A stretch of 64,000 nucleotides of DNA from Malacoraja senta. Taxonomy: Eukaryota. Below the pieces are notes generated by a model. That model saw only the letters and a list, made by a program, of their open reading frames with translations, was not told where the DNA came from and made no database searches. Both the position numbers and the translations under genes were made by a program. Positions within the stretch are counted from its first letter, which is position 1. Every line of letters starts with the position of its first letter. Shown piece after piece: positions 13,117 to 25,409 of the stretch. Location: assembly GCA_038087875.1 (NCBI GenBank), contig CM075981.1, forward strand, positions 68,386,001 through 68,450,000. The letters are read 5' to 3'.

Positions 13117-14000
13117 TTAAAGGGTTTTAGAGAGGCACATGGATATGACATAAATGGAAGGATAATTTGAAGGGATTAATTAATTTTAGCATCACAATTA
13201 GCACAGACAATGGGGGCTGTAGGGCCTGATCATGTGCTGTTCTTTTTACTTTCTATGCTCCTTCCAAGCCAGGAAGAAAGTACACAGGGAGGGGGAAGTC
13301 CATGTGGGATTTTAAAATCAGGCTGAGAACTTGTGGCAATGTTTGATTGGTAGTCAATGTGATCCAACAGGCACAGGATTGCCATACGGGCAGGCCTGAG
13401 CTTGGGCAAGGCATAGCCTCAGGATTAAAGGGTGCTCTTTTAGAACGAAGGTGAGGAGGAACTTCTTTAGTCAGAGGGTAGCTAATCTGTGGAACTCATT
13501 GCCTGTGGAGGTCAAGTTAGTGGATATTTTTAAGGCAGAGATAGACAGATTCTTGATTAGAACGGGTGTCAAGGGTTATGGGGGAAGGCAGGAAAATGGG
13601 TTTTGGAGGCAGAGATCAGCCATGATTGAATTGGCGGAGTGGGCCCGATGGGCCGAATTGCCTAATTCTACTCCTATAACTTGTGAACTTGTGAAGACAG
13701 TGGAGGTTTAAATGACCTCAGGTTTGCGGGGTAGAGAGTGAGCGGCCAACCGAGAATACGCCGTAATGGCCGAGAATTGAGCCTGTTGTTGGCTGCATAT
13801 TGGAAAATCACATCATGTCCATTCCACTGCCTCTTCACACACACTGTGTGATGAACCTGCATGTGATGGAATGGTTCCCAGAGGCCGAATGGGAAACCTA
13901 GACCTGTTCCCAAATATAATGGGAAAAATGCAAACAATCTCAAATTTGTCTGCAACATTTTTTAATGCAATTGCTGCATTTGTGAATTTTGCTCATTTTA

Positions 14001-14022
14001 ACCTAATTGTTCTTGTTTCAGG
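14001..14022 (+). promoter_or_regulatory. Probable 3' splice acceptor of the KCNJ12 coding exon (exon starts ~14022)
   Basis: Branch-point-like CCTAAT, then pyrimidine tract TGTTCTTGTTTCAG|G, 200 nt upstream of the ATG. Kir2 genes typically have non-coding 5' exons followed by one coding exon. Confidence 0.7.
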
Positions 14023-14221
14023 GTGCTGCACTGACAAGACACCGCTCAGGGCAATCCCAAGCTGCCTGGACTCGCTCCAATACCAGACTACCTTGCTTGC
14101 TGCCTGTTTTGGGGTGGGTGGGTGGGCGGGCAGAGGGGGGGGAGGGAGGGGGTTTCCTGCGGCCGTCACCCCGGGGATGGGGGGGCGACCCGACTGAGCA
14201 GGCTCCCTGGGCCGGCGAGGA

Positions 14222-15520
14222 ATGAGCAGCGCCTGTGACAACCACTACAGCATCGTGTCCTCGGAGGAAGACGGGCTGAGGCTGGCAACCATGCCAGGGA
14301 TTAATGGCTACGGCAACGGGAAAATCCACACCAGGAGGAAGTGCCGCAGCCGCTTTGTGAAGAAGAATGGCCAGTGCAACGTGCAGTTCGCCAACATGAG
14401 CAACAAGCCGCAGCGGTACATCGCGGACATCTTCACCACGTGCGTGGACGTGCGATGGCGCTACATGCTGCTCATCTTCTCCCTGGCCTTCCTCACATCC
14501 TGGCTGGCCTTCGGCCTGGCCTTCTGGCTCATCGCGCTAATCCACGGGGACCTGGAGAGCCCTGCAGGGGACGAGACGCCCATGCCCTGCGTGTCGCAGG
14601 TGAACGGATTTGTCGCCGCCTTCCTGTTTTCCATCGAGACCCAGACAACCATTGGGTATGGGTTCCGCTGCGTGACGGAGGAGTGTCCGCTGGCCATCTT
14701 CCTGGTGGTCTTCCAGTCCATCGTTGGGTGCATCATAGACTCGTTCATGATCGGGGCCATCATGGCAAAGATGGCCCGGCCCAAGAAACGGGCCCAGACA
14801 TTGCTTTTTAGCCACAATGCTGTGATCGCCATGAGAGACGGCAAGCTCTCCCTGATGTGGAGGGTGGGCAACCTGAGGAAAAGTCACATCGTGGAAGCAC
14901 ATGTCAGGGCCCAGTTAATCAAGCCTCGGATCACTGAGGAAGGGGAGTACATTCCCCTTGACCAGATTGATATTGACGTGGGCTTTGATAAGGGGTACGA
15001 CCGCATCTTCCTGGTTTCCCCCATAACTATACTGCATGAGATCGACGAGGGAAGTCCACTGTATGGCATCAGCAGGCAGGACCTGGAGGTGGCCGACTTT
15101 GAGATTGTGGTCATCCTTGAGGGCATGGTGGAAGCCACGGCGATGACCACCCAGGCCCGCAGCTCGTACCTGGCCAGCGAGATCCTCTGGGGTCAGCGGT
15201 TCGAGCCGGTGCTCTTCGAGGAAAAGGACCAGTACAAAGTCGACTACTCGCATTTCCACAAAACCTACGAGGTGCCCCTGACCCCCCGGTGCAGTGCCAA
15301 GGATCTGGTGGAGAGCAAGTTCCTCGTTCCCAGCACCAACTCTTTTTGCTATGAGAACGAGTTGGCTTTCATGAGCCGGGACGAGGACGATGAGGGAGAC
15401 GACGTTGACAGCAGGGTGTTGGAAAACACCAGCCCCAACAGCAGCCGACATGAATTTGACCGGTTACAGGCGACTTTGGCTCTGGATCAAAGGTCTTTCA
15501 GAAGGGAGTCCGAGATATGA
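14222..15520 (+). CDS. KCNJ12: Inward-rectifier potassium channel Kir2.2 (432 aa), CDS in a single exon
   Basis: Selectivity filter TIGYG, N-terminal [11 protein letters not shown] and [10 protein letters not shown], Kir2.2-type [24 protein letters not shown] and [11 protein letters not shown]-export motif FCYENE, and C-terminal PDZ ligand RRESEI. GC3-rich uninterrupted ORF. Confidence 0.95.
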   Translation: MSSACDNHYSIVSSEEDGLRLATMPGINGYGNGKIHTRRKCRSRFVKKNGQCNVQFANMSNKPQRYIADIFTTCVDVRWRYMLLIFSLAFLTSWLAFGLAFWLIALIHGDLESPAGDETPMPCVSQVNGFVAAFLFSIETQTTIGYGFRCVTEECPLAIFLVVFQSIVGCIIDSFMIGAIMAKMARPKKRAQTLLFSHNAVIAMRDGKLSLMWRVGNLRKSHIVEAHVRAQLIKPRITEEGEYIPLDQIDIDVGFDKGYDRIFLVSPITILHEIDEGSPLYGISRQDLEVADFEIVVILEGMVEATAMTTQARSSYLASEILWGQRFEPVLFEEKDQYKVDYSHFHKTYEVPLTPRCSAKDLVESKFLVPSTNSFCYENELAFMSRDEDDEGDDVDSRVLENTSPNSSRHEFDRLQATLALDQRSFRRESEI

Positions 15521-18027
15521 CCTGTGACTGTTACAATAACCCTTTTGTCAAATTAAGCAATGGGATTCTGATCATCATGAGTGCCATAAAAAAAGTTACA
15601 TCATAGAAATTTGGTGAAAAATTGATTGTAATGGTGGAGGGAATTCTCAAATATGAATTTGAATGGTAGCTGCAAAGCAACAGAATGAGTTAGCAATCGA
15701 TGTGAGCAAAGATAGAATTATTATCATCATGCTTTTAGGAGATTATGTAACATTAACAATTACCTTTCCAATGGATTTAGACATTAATGTAGGAAGTCAA
15801 GTAACTGGTTACAGCAAGATGTTGGATGTGAAGTACTTTAGAATGTGTGGAACCGTGAGCTTTAAGGAGAATAGATCTAGAACAAAACCATGATGTTTAG
15901 ACTTGCAAATAGGCCTTCGAACTTGTCAGACCAGACTTAATGTTCCTTAGGGTTTTCTTCACCATTTGACATTTTACTGGAAAGGAAGTATCTTTGTATC
16001 AGCTGGCAGATGAACAGAGAGCAGGGATGAAATTACCAAGCATCAATGCACATCAAGTCAGCCACAGAGAGTGTGTGGCTCAGTGCCGGCCCGCACAATT
16101 ACCTGTGCACTTAACCAGTGTGAAGAGCTAGACATTGTATGAGGTGAAAATTACACAAAGCTCCTGAGGCGTACAGGAAAAGGTATCATTCGCGCGTGAA
16201 TTGTCACATCAATGTCGCTCAAGCAGAGTACATTTTTGTAAAATTAAAGATTTTTATCTTTAAATACAAATTGCTTCTAAGATAATATCACTGTACAGAC
16301 TTAGCTAGACTGTGTTTTATTATATATAATGTATTGGCCTAGCTAAGGAGAAAGCTGTTCCCGTATATTTTATATATACACACTCATATTCACAAATGCA
16401 CACCTAATCATTCATGCACTTATACAGTTACATACAGATTCACAGATACACATTTGTATAAGCATCTACACAGCCACTTACGCTCAGATACACGTAGATA
16501 AACACACATACATACACACATATACACTCTTGAACACATACTGTATTCTCATACCCACTCTCATGCACGCACATGCACATATGCACACACGCATAAGCAC
16601 TTATGCTCATACACGCACCCACACACACACACACAGATACGCACACACACACACATACACAGATACACATAGGCACTCGCACTATATAGTTGGGAAGAAT
16701 GGTGTTATATACTATAAACCTAGCAGGAGTGAGTGCTATGGTTAATTACAATCAGGGAATAAATTAAAGGGAAGGAACGTCTGAAGGGAGAGTGTTTCTC
16801 CACAATAAAAGAAATGGAAGGAATAAAGCTCCAAGGATCCAATCCAAGTCTGCATCAGTGGGAAATGGGAGCCTTGCTTTGAGAAACGACCATACAGTGT
16901 CATAGCCTTACATCAAGCCTTCTAGCAGAGTTCCTTGCTAGGAATTGAACCCAACAACATCATTCCCGTAAAGTCCTTACCAGAATTTTGGTTGATTATT
17001 TTGTTTACAAAACTTTCAAATTGTGTGGAGATCCCTCTACAGTACTTGAGTGTTCCTCTCCACCAGGCAGTTTTGGGATCATCAACAATGATGTGGCCAC
17101 TCAGACACCTTGGGGTAACGTCATAAAGTGGCAAGAGGTCCCTAGCTTCAGAAAGGCATGAGATCTAATCTGTAGCCACAGGGGTCCATCAACTAACACA
17201 GTTTTAGGGGCAAAGAAATGGACTAATGTGCAATTGTATTGATTTTATTTTCTTCTCTCAAAACAAGAATTTCTGGTATTGATAGTCCATCCCCAGTTAC
17301 TCTTCGGGGGCTGGTTGCAAGCCTTCCTATGTTGAAGCAACCAGTGGGTAAAGGCACCCACAGTGCCTCCGTCACTGTGGAGAGGCTTCAGAATGCACAG
17401 GCCCTTTTGTAAAGAGCATCATCTGAGAATTCAGGTGGGCGCTGCATGGATGGGACACTACTTTAACTTCAAGGTACACTTTCCTGCCTGACTTTCCAAC
17501 CTCTTTAAGCTTTTGTTGATTAGTGGCACTCTTTAGCATTTGCCATGCCTTCTGGGAAGGCACTGTCTTTGACACCTGTTGTGTGAAATCCTTGTACCTA
17601 CTATAGGGGTGTTATACCACGGGAACGTTTGTGGCTTGTCTCACACTAGGTAACCATGGTGACAGCATCATCAGCTTCTCTGCTGCAGCCTTGCACTTGT
17701 GAGACTGTATTAATTGCTTTGACCATCAATTATGCTAGACAACCTTGTTGTTTTGGATGTAGCCAATAAGCTTAACCCAGTGTCCCCACTATTTTCGTTT
17801 CTTTCCTCTTTGAATTTTGCGATACGTCTCAGCATAGAAGCTTGTGATTAAAAATGGTATTTCTCTTAAAGGGATAAGGTGAACTTTGACCTCTGTGGAA
17901 GTCTTCCTTTTCACCCAGATTGTAAATGTAAAGAATGACTCTGGGTTCTGTTTTATTTTATTGGATGATCAAAGAATTTACTAAATTAAAAAATAATTCT
18001 AATACAAATTGGAGTGTGTCTTTTTTT
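15521..18027 (+). other. Probable KCNJ12 3' UTR ending near ATTAAA (17985-17990) with a downstream GU/U-rich element
   Basis: TE-free AU-rich stretch after the stop codon. ATTAAA is followed ~20 nt later by GAGTGTGTCTTTTTTT. Alternative AATAAA signals occur near 16758 and 16804. Confidence 0.5.
16490..16672. repeat. Degenerate (CA)n microsatellite
   Basis: Visible CA/TA/CG dinucleotide runs. Confidence 0.9.
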
Positions 18028-18189
18028 CAACAATGTTAATTAATTCACCTTTTTAACAAGAGACTCAAAAAGTATTGGATACTGTGAATTGCTTTATTAT
18101 TTTTGTATAAATAGCATTCAGTGCTCATCAGGCAATGAAACGCAAGCATATGTCCACCATGACCAGGTTGGTAGTAATCTTTCCTGCAA

Positions 18190-18658
18190 GGGTAGCATGG
18201 TGGCGCACCGGTAGAGTTGCTGCCTTACAGCGCTAGAGACCCGGGTTCGATCCTGACTACGGGTGCTTGTTTGCACAGAGTTTGTACATTCTCCCTGTGA
18301 GCTGTCCCACCGAGTTAACTATATGAACATGGGTTTTCTCTGGGATCTCTGGAGAACTCCAAAGGTGTGTAGGTTGATTGGCTTGGTATAATTGTAAATT
18401 GTCCCTAATGTGTCATAAGGTCAAAAGGTCATAAGTGATAGGAGTAGAATTAGGCTATTTGGTCCATCAGTCTACTCCGTCATCCAATCATGGCTGATCT
18501 ATCTTTCCCTCCTAACCCCATTCTCCTCCCTCCTAACCCCATAACCTCTGACACCTAGGTGTAAGTGTGTAGAGATCGCTGGTCGGCGCGGACTCGGTGG
18601 GCTGAAGGGCCTGTTTCCACAGTGTATCTCTAAACCAAACTAAACTAAACTAAACTAA
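18190..18658 (+). mobile_element. HE1-like SINE containing an antisense CR1 3'-tail insert (~18415-18555)
   Basis: Head TGGCGCACCGG...GGTTCGATCC and tail (CTAAA)n. Confidence 0.85.
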
Positions 18659-19148
18659 AGTGTTCTTGTCTCACTTCAGTTCTAAAAACTAACATCCGGG
18701 CTGGCAGTCCAGTGGCATACACAGGCAGCACTGCAGAATTGGAGTGTTCTTTCTGAGAATGACAACGTCTCACCTGTAAAATAATCCCATAGCTCATACC
18801 CAGGGCGTACATTTCATGTTGGAGGCTGCCACATGAAGTCACACAAGACTCCCTTTTGATGATGATAGTGCTCAAATTGCGCTAAGAGATAATGAATGAC
18901 CTTAAATTGATCCAAGAGAAAGAGCCACAGGTCCTTCTATTAGTCACCCTCTAGCCTGAGTACATTCAACATGCTGAGCTTTTCTAGCAAAAATAATTTC
19001 TCCACACAAGTTCCATTTCACCAGTTTACTTGCAATGCTCGCTCTACCCTTAGGTTTTTCAAAAAACATAAAGCAATACAGCCCAGGAAAAGGCCCTTCG
19101 ACCCATGATGTCTGTTCCAAAAACCTGATGCCAATTAAACAAATCCCT

Positions 19149-19329
19149 GGTAGACAAAAGTGCTGGAGAAACTCAGCGGGTGCAGCAGCATCTATGGAGC
19201 GAAGGGAATAGGCAACATTTCGAGCCCGAAACGTTGCCTATTTCCTTCGCTCCATAGATGCTGCTGCACCCGCTGAGTTTCTCCAGCACTTTTGTCTACC
19301 TTCGATTTTCCAGCATCTGCAGTTCCATC
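19149..19329 (+). mobile_element. Fold-back Penelope-like mini element with 14-bp TSD
   Basis: 74-bp inverted arms at 19149-19222 and 19227-19300 plus a 29-nt tail. TSD TTAAACAAATCCCT at 19135-19148 and 19330-19343. Confidence 0.85.
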
Positions 19330-19679
19330 TTAAACAAATCCCTTCTGCCTGCACATGATCCATATCCCTCCTTTCCCTGTGTTTTCCATCTAAAAACCTC
19401 TTAAACACCACTATCATATCTGCTTCCACCAAAACTCCCAGGAGCCATTCTGGGCACCTGTCATATTCCATGTAAAGAAACTTGCCATGTATATCTGCTT
19501 TAAACTTTCCCCTTCTCATCTTAAAGCTATGCCTCGGGTATTTGACATTTCAGACCTGGGAATAGCTCTGAATCTACGCCATTTAACCCTCAATAATCCC
19601 CAAACTCTCTTGTAGTTAATAGTCCTCGACTTTGACTATTTACACGTTATTGCAAGAAACCCTCTTGGATACGCCTACC

Positions 19680-20595
19680 TGATGGTAGGGGTGGAGGGGG
19701 GAGCAGAAAGCTGGAAGAGAGGAGGGGCAGCACAAAGCCTGGCAGGTAGTAGATGGATACCCGTGAGGAGGGTTATGATAGGCAGATGGTTAGACAAAAG
19801 CCAGAGATGAAACAGACAGGATATGAGATTCCCATATTGACCTTTCTGTCCTGGAATTCCTATAGTGATAGTAACATGCAAACTGGAGGAACAGCGACTC
19901 ATATTCCGCTTAGGTAGTTTACCACCCATCGTTAAGAATATTGAATTCTCTAATTTTAGGCAACAAATCGTGGCACAGTGGTGCAGCTGTAGCATTGCTG
20001 CCTTGCAGCGCCAGAGACCTGGGTTCGAGCCTGACTACGGGTGCACTGTACAGAATTTGTACGTTCTCCCCATGAGCACGTGGGTATTTCCCGGGTGCTC
20101 CGGTTTCTCCCACATTCCAAAGATGTACAGGTGTGTAGGTTAATTTTAGTTCGTAAAAATTGGAAATTGTCCCTAGTGTGTGGGATAGTGCCAGTGCACT
20201 GGGACCGCTGGCTGGCACGGACTCAGTGGGCCTCAGGGCCTGTTTCTGCGCTCTATCTCTAAACAGACTAATCACCCGCCTTCTCCCACAACACCCCCCT
20301 TCCCCCCTACTCTCCTGTGCCCCACCTGGACTTGCATTTATTTCTCTCCTCCCCCTATTGTCTAGTAACTCCTACCTGTCCATCTCTGTCCTTGGTCTAA
20401 CCTTCCACCTATAAACCCCCCTCCCCCCTCACTGTATCCACCAGGATTTGTCCTTTCTTCCATATTTCTTCCCCACCTCCCTTACCCCCACAATCAGTCA
20501 AAGGATGGGTGCAAACCCGAAATCTCACCTATCCATGTTCTCCAGAGATGCTGCCTGACTCGCTGAGTTGCTCCAGCACTTTGTGTCTTTTTTTG
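19680..20595 (+). mobile_element. Penelope-like element 3' part with an inverted 5' segment, interrupted by a SINE (19968-20263)
   Basis: CKLEEQRLIFRLGSLPPIVKNIEFSNFR GIY-YIG C-terminal remnant. 19680-19830 is the reverse complement of the PLE 3' region. Terminal unit at ~20495-20595. Confidence 0.75.
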
Positions 20596-21659
20596 TCAGC
20601 TCAAATGTGGCCACTTTTGCTCTGGATTCAGACAACCCATTTAGCAAACTATAAAATGTCTGTTTCAGGGTCTCGACCTGAAATGTTGACTGTTCCTTTG
20701 CCTCCACTGATGTGGTCTGGTCTGCTGAGGTCCTGTAGCAGTTTGTTTTTTCCTCCAGATCCCAGCATTGGCAGTCTCCCGTGTTTTCAAAGAGCAAACA
20801 TCCCAAACATTGAGATAAATGAACAAATGATGGCATTATGTCAAATGATAATTGTTGACCACAGAGTACTGCCCTGCACAATGGAACATTACATATGCGT
20901 CTCTGTAGGAAAGTAGGTCCAAGTTTAATAAAACAGCCAAATAACAACCTCGAATATTGCTTTGCCTCCTCTCTGTTACATTAAAGAGAGTTTGGTTCCA
21001 GCCTAAGCCTTCTGTACAGGTATGTTATCACTGTCCTGCCCCACCGAGTTAACTATATGAACTTAATTGGATGACTTCATGGTAGTCTTGGACTACATCC
21101 CAACTATTCTTATTGCTCCATATCTACATTTGTTACACATATCCTTTTATTGGCCCTCCTGTTTCTCACTGCTGTTTCAGAATAGAATAGAATAGAAACT
21201 TGCCCAAGTGTGTGCAGTCCAGCCACGATAACAACAATCTCAGCACCTTTACTGTTGCAAGGATGTCCAAAGGGGCTTCACAGGAGTGTTATCACCCATA
21301 AAGAATCGAGGCTGAGCCACAGAAGGATGTACTGGAGCAGATGGAGACAAACCTGGATAAAATGGCTGGTTATGAGGAGGGTGGTAGAGAGGCAAAGAAG
21401 ATAGGGAAGGAGCTGAGCAGCTGAGATCATGGCTGCCTCTATTGAAGCGATTAGATTCACAGAGTGCAGATGTCTCCTGGGGTATGGGGATGTAGGATTA
21501 TTATAATAATGAGTGGGGGGGGGGGCGGGGGAGACCACTCAGTAGGTTTGAAAAATAAACAACTAGAATTTTACTTCTGTGGATGTTAATACCATATATA
21601 AGCAGCTAATGACTAATTGGCTGGTGATATTGCACAGTTTGCATGCATTCTCAAGATAG

Positions 21660-21951
21660 AGCGGCACGGTGGCGCAGCGGTAGAGTTGCTGCCTTGCAGC
21701 GCCAGAGACCCGGGTTCCATCCTGACGGTGCTTGTCTGTACGGAGTTTGTCCATTCTCCCCGTGACCTGTGTGGGATTCCTCCCACACTACAAAGATGTA
21801 CAGGTTTGTAGGTTAATTTTGCTTGCTATAATTGTAAATTATCCCAAGTGTGTCGGATAGTGTTAATGCGCGGGGATCGCTGGTTAGCGCGGACTCGGTG
21901 GGCCGAAAGGCCTGTTTCTGCGCTGTATCTCTAAACTAAATCTAAACTAAA
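21660..21951 (+). mobile_element. HE1-like SINE
   Basis: GGCACGGTGGCGCAGCGG head, B box and (CTAAA)n tail. Confidence 0.9.
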
Positions 21952-22681
21952 ATAGGAACAGATGCAAAACAGAAAGTCCTTTCTACCACCATTCAATTCA
22001 ATCTGATAACTTATCAGATACCTGGCAAGATATGACAATCGCCGTCTTAAAAGTTTCATTTGAACTCCAATTGCCACCCCTCCCCCCTCCTCCCCCCCTC
22101 CCCACCTTGTCCACAACTCGCTAAGCCCCCCACTCATACACCTGATGTAAAGAGAGATCTTGGGGTGAAAGTCAATAGTTGCCTGACAAAAGGCAACACA
22201 AGTGGATGGAGAGGTATAGAAACTCTACAGGTTGCTTGCCTTCATCAGTCTGGGCATTGAATAAGAATGTATCATTCCCACACACCACCGCCCTTCTCCA
22301 AATCATTAACCGATTTCTGGGGGATGGTAGAGAAGATCTCACTTGTTTTTGTATGAAAGGTCCTTGTGACATCTCTCCAAGAGCTATTTAGCTCTAATAG
22401 TAAGGTTCTATCCAAGAGTAGACCACTCTCCAAAGAGACCAAATCTCTCCTTCTGCCCTTTAATCATATTTAATGCCATGGCACAGGTAAGAGCTACAGC
22501 CTTACAGGTCCAGTGAGTCAAGTTCGATCCTGACTTCTGGTGCCGTCCAGTGTTGACTTTACACATTCTCCCAATGACCACATCTGTTTCCCCGTTGCTC
22601 TGCTTTCCGCCACCTCCCAAAGACATGAGGGTGAACAAATTGGTCACCGGGTACTGCCTTACAGCGCCAGGGACCCGGGTG

Positions 22682-23028
22682 NNNNNNNNNNNNNNNNNNN
22701 NNNNNNNNNNNNNNNNNNNNNNNNNNNNNNNNNNNNNNNNNNNNNNNNNNNNNNNNNNNNNNNNNNNNNNNNNNNNNNNNNNNNNNNNNNNNNNNNNNNN
22801 NNNNNNNNNNNNNNNNNNNNNNNNNNNNNNNNNNNNNNNNNNNNNNNNNNNNNNNNNGTGGGGGTGAGGGGGAGAGGGAGANNNNNNNNNNNNNNNNNNN
22901 NNNNNNNNNNNNNNNNNNNNNNNNNNNNNNNNNNNNNNNNNNNNNNNNNNNNNNNNNNNNNNNNNNNNNNNNNNNNNNNNNNNNNNNNNNNNNNNNNNNN
23001 NNNNNNNNNNNNNNNNNNNNNNNNNNNN
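22682..23028. other. Assembly gaps (N runs 22682-22857 and 22882-23028)
   Basis: N characters in the sequence. Confidence 1.
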
Positions 23029-23804
23029 TACCTGAAGAAAAATGTTATGTCCATTTTCTCCTGAGACTTTTGCCAACTCTCAACTGGTTTAATTCTCTAG
23101 CTTTGTGTCCTTCACTACTGCTCCTTGACATGCCTCACCTCCTCCCTAAACCTTTTTAACCACAGATGTTCCATGCACTGTGAATGGCACCAGATCCAGG
23201 AGTGCACTGCTCATCACAAGTTACGTCGACCTGAGGGGCAACTTTTTCACACAGAGGGTGTTACAGATATAGAATGAATTGCCCGAGGGTGCGGTTGAGG
23301 TGGACATCATCTTCCTACACATGTCTCTCTGCATTTAAAAGCCATTTTGACAGATATATGGATATAAAAGATTTAGAGGGATATGGGTTAAATGCAGGCA
23401 AATGGGACCAGCGCTTGCCTGGGCAACTTGATCAACATGGACAAGTTGGATTGAAGGGCCAGTTTATGTGCTGTGTGATTCTATGACTATGATTGTAGGA
23501 AGCATGAAACACCGTGGCCTTTAAACTGGATAATTCCGAGCCTAGAGCTCTAAGCCTCCATTTGGTGCTTAAGGCAGGCCTGTTCAACTAGGACCATCCA
23601 GTTACTGTTGTGGGTGAAGATTCTTATTCCAATGTGCAGGCATGCTGAGATCACCCAGCTCCAATGGTGCAGGGTGTGAATGGAGCCCATCCCAGCTGTT
23701 TCAGTGCAGGTTTAGAGGTCTCCAACATTTACAGGGCCCTTTCCACTGCTGGAAATGCAGCACAACGCTGGTCACACTCAGCTTTGTACACATTTCACTG
23801 ACAT

Positions 23805-24490
23805 AGTTTAGAGATACAGTGCGGAAACAGGCCCTTCGGCCCACCGGGTCCGTGCCGGCCAGCGATCCCCACACATGAACACCATCCTACACCCACTAGG
23901 GACAATTTTTACATTTACCAAGCCAATTAACCTACAAACCTGTACGTCTTTGGAGTGTGGGAGGAAACCGAAGATCTCGGAGAAAACCCACGCAGGTTAA
24001 GGGGAGAACGGACAAACTCTGTACAGACAGAACGCGTATTCGGGATCGAACCTGGGTCTCCTGCGCTGCAAGGCAGCCACTCTACCGCTGTGCCACTGTC
24101 ACCTGCGCCAGGGTGACATCAAAGGTTATAAAGTTTTAGGTCGAGATGGGAGATGCGGACTACCACAGCTTCAGTGCAGAATTTAGTTGAGTTTAGAGAT
24201 ACAGCGTGGAAACACTCCTTTGGCCCACCAGGTCCGCGACGGCCAACAATCTCCGCTCGCTAACACCATCCTGCACATACTAGGGACAATTTACAATTCT
24301 ACTGAAACAAAATTAACTGACAAACCTGAACGTTTTTTGAGTGTGGGAGGAACTGGAGATCCCAGAGAAAACCCACACAGGTCTCGGGGAGAACGTACAC
24401 ACTCTGTACAGACAGCACCCGTGGTTAGAATCGTACCCAGGTCTCCGGTGATGTCGGGCAGCAACTCTACCGCTGCGCCACTGTGCCACC
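23805..24490 (-). mobile_element. Two HE1-like SINEs (~23805-24098 and ~24182-24490)
   Basis: Family consensus. Confidence 0.85.
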
Positions 24491-25409
24491 CCTCTGGAAA
24501 AATTACATGTTAACACGGGACCTCGGCAACTGCAGGCTATTTTAATGGAAGCAGCTCATAGTTTACACACCTCCCCTGATGGGTGGAACAGGAAACGAGG
24601 AGGAAATAATATTGAGCTGAGGTGCTTTAGGGAGAATAAAAATGGGATTCCTGCAGAATTAGCGTAAAATAGTTGCTTGGTGGTCAGCATAGGATCAGTG
24701 GGCCAAAGGGGCTAGTTCCGTGCAGTATGCTTCCTTGAGTCTAAAGCTTGTGCTGCACATCCCTCGGGAGCTCTGCCAAGGGAATGAGAAGCAGAGCACC
24801 TCATCCCAACATTGTCAACAGCAGTAACACACTACGCTAGCACTGAACTTGCAGCAGACTGCAGAAGTGAGGAGGATATGTGCGAGCTGCCGTCAAATCT
24901 GTTTAATAGTGGTGGGAAATATAATTGTCCTAATTTAAGGAGGAAAATAAAATAAAAATCTCAGTCAAAAACATAATAATGAATTGCTTTGCTTGAGTGC
25001 AATTGAATTTCTTTAACATATTACAAGGGCAGGTAATTAGGATTTATCTAGTGCCGCAGAAGACCTCTGAAAGGAGTACATTATAAATGAATAAGGTCTG
25101 ACTGTGCAGAGTCAGGCAAATGCTGCTGGTTTCAAGATAGAAAATGATGCTTTAAGATAGAGGTAAATCCTAGCTATTCAGGTCAGTGGTGAATGAGGAT
25201 CTAAATGGACTAGTTCTGGGATCACTTTTGCTCCAAATTATATTAATGGTTTTGACTTTGCAGCCAGAAGCACAATTACTAAATTTCTGAGTGACAAATA
25301 AACTGTGGTGGGGATAGTCAGGTTGAGGAGGACTACAGAAGGTCACATGAAAAAAACTCACCTCGTGACTCTGTTATTGCCAATAAAGTTTAACAAACAT
25401 AAGCTTGAT

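Noticed and set aside
14341-15451. Overlapping alternative-frame and antisense ORFs (121-178 aa) within KCNJ12
   Set aside because: Expected by-products of a GC3-rich CDS, with no recognisable domains.
21660-21730. tRNA-like sequences with A and B boxes (many copies)
   Set aside because: These are SINE heads continuing into SINE bodies, not tRNA genes.
22408-23076. Long ORFs in the ORF track (105-222 aa)
   Set aside because: They are open only because they span N gaps.
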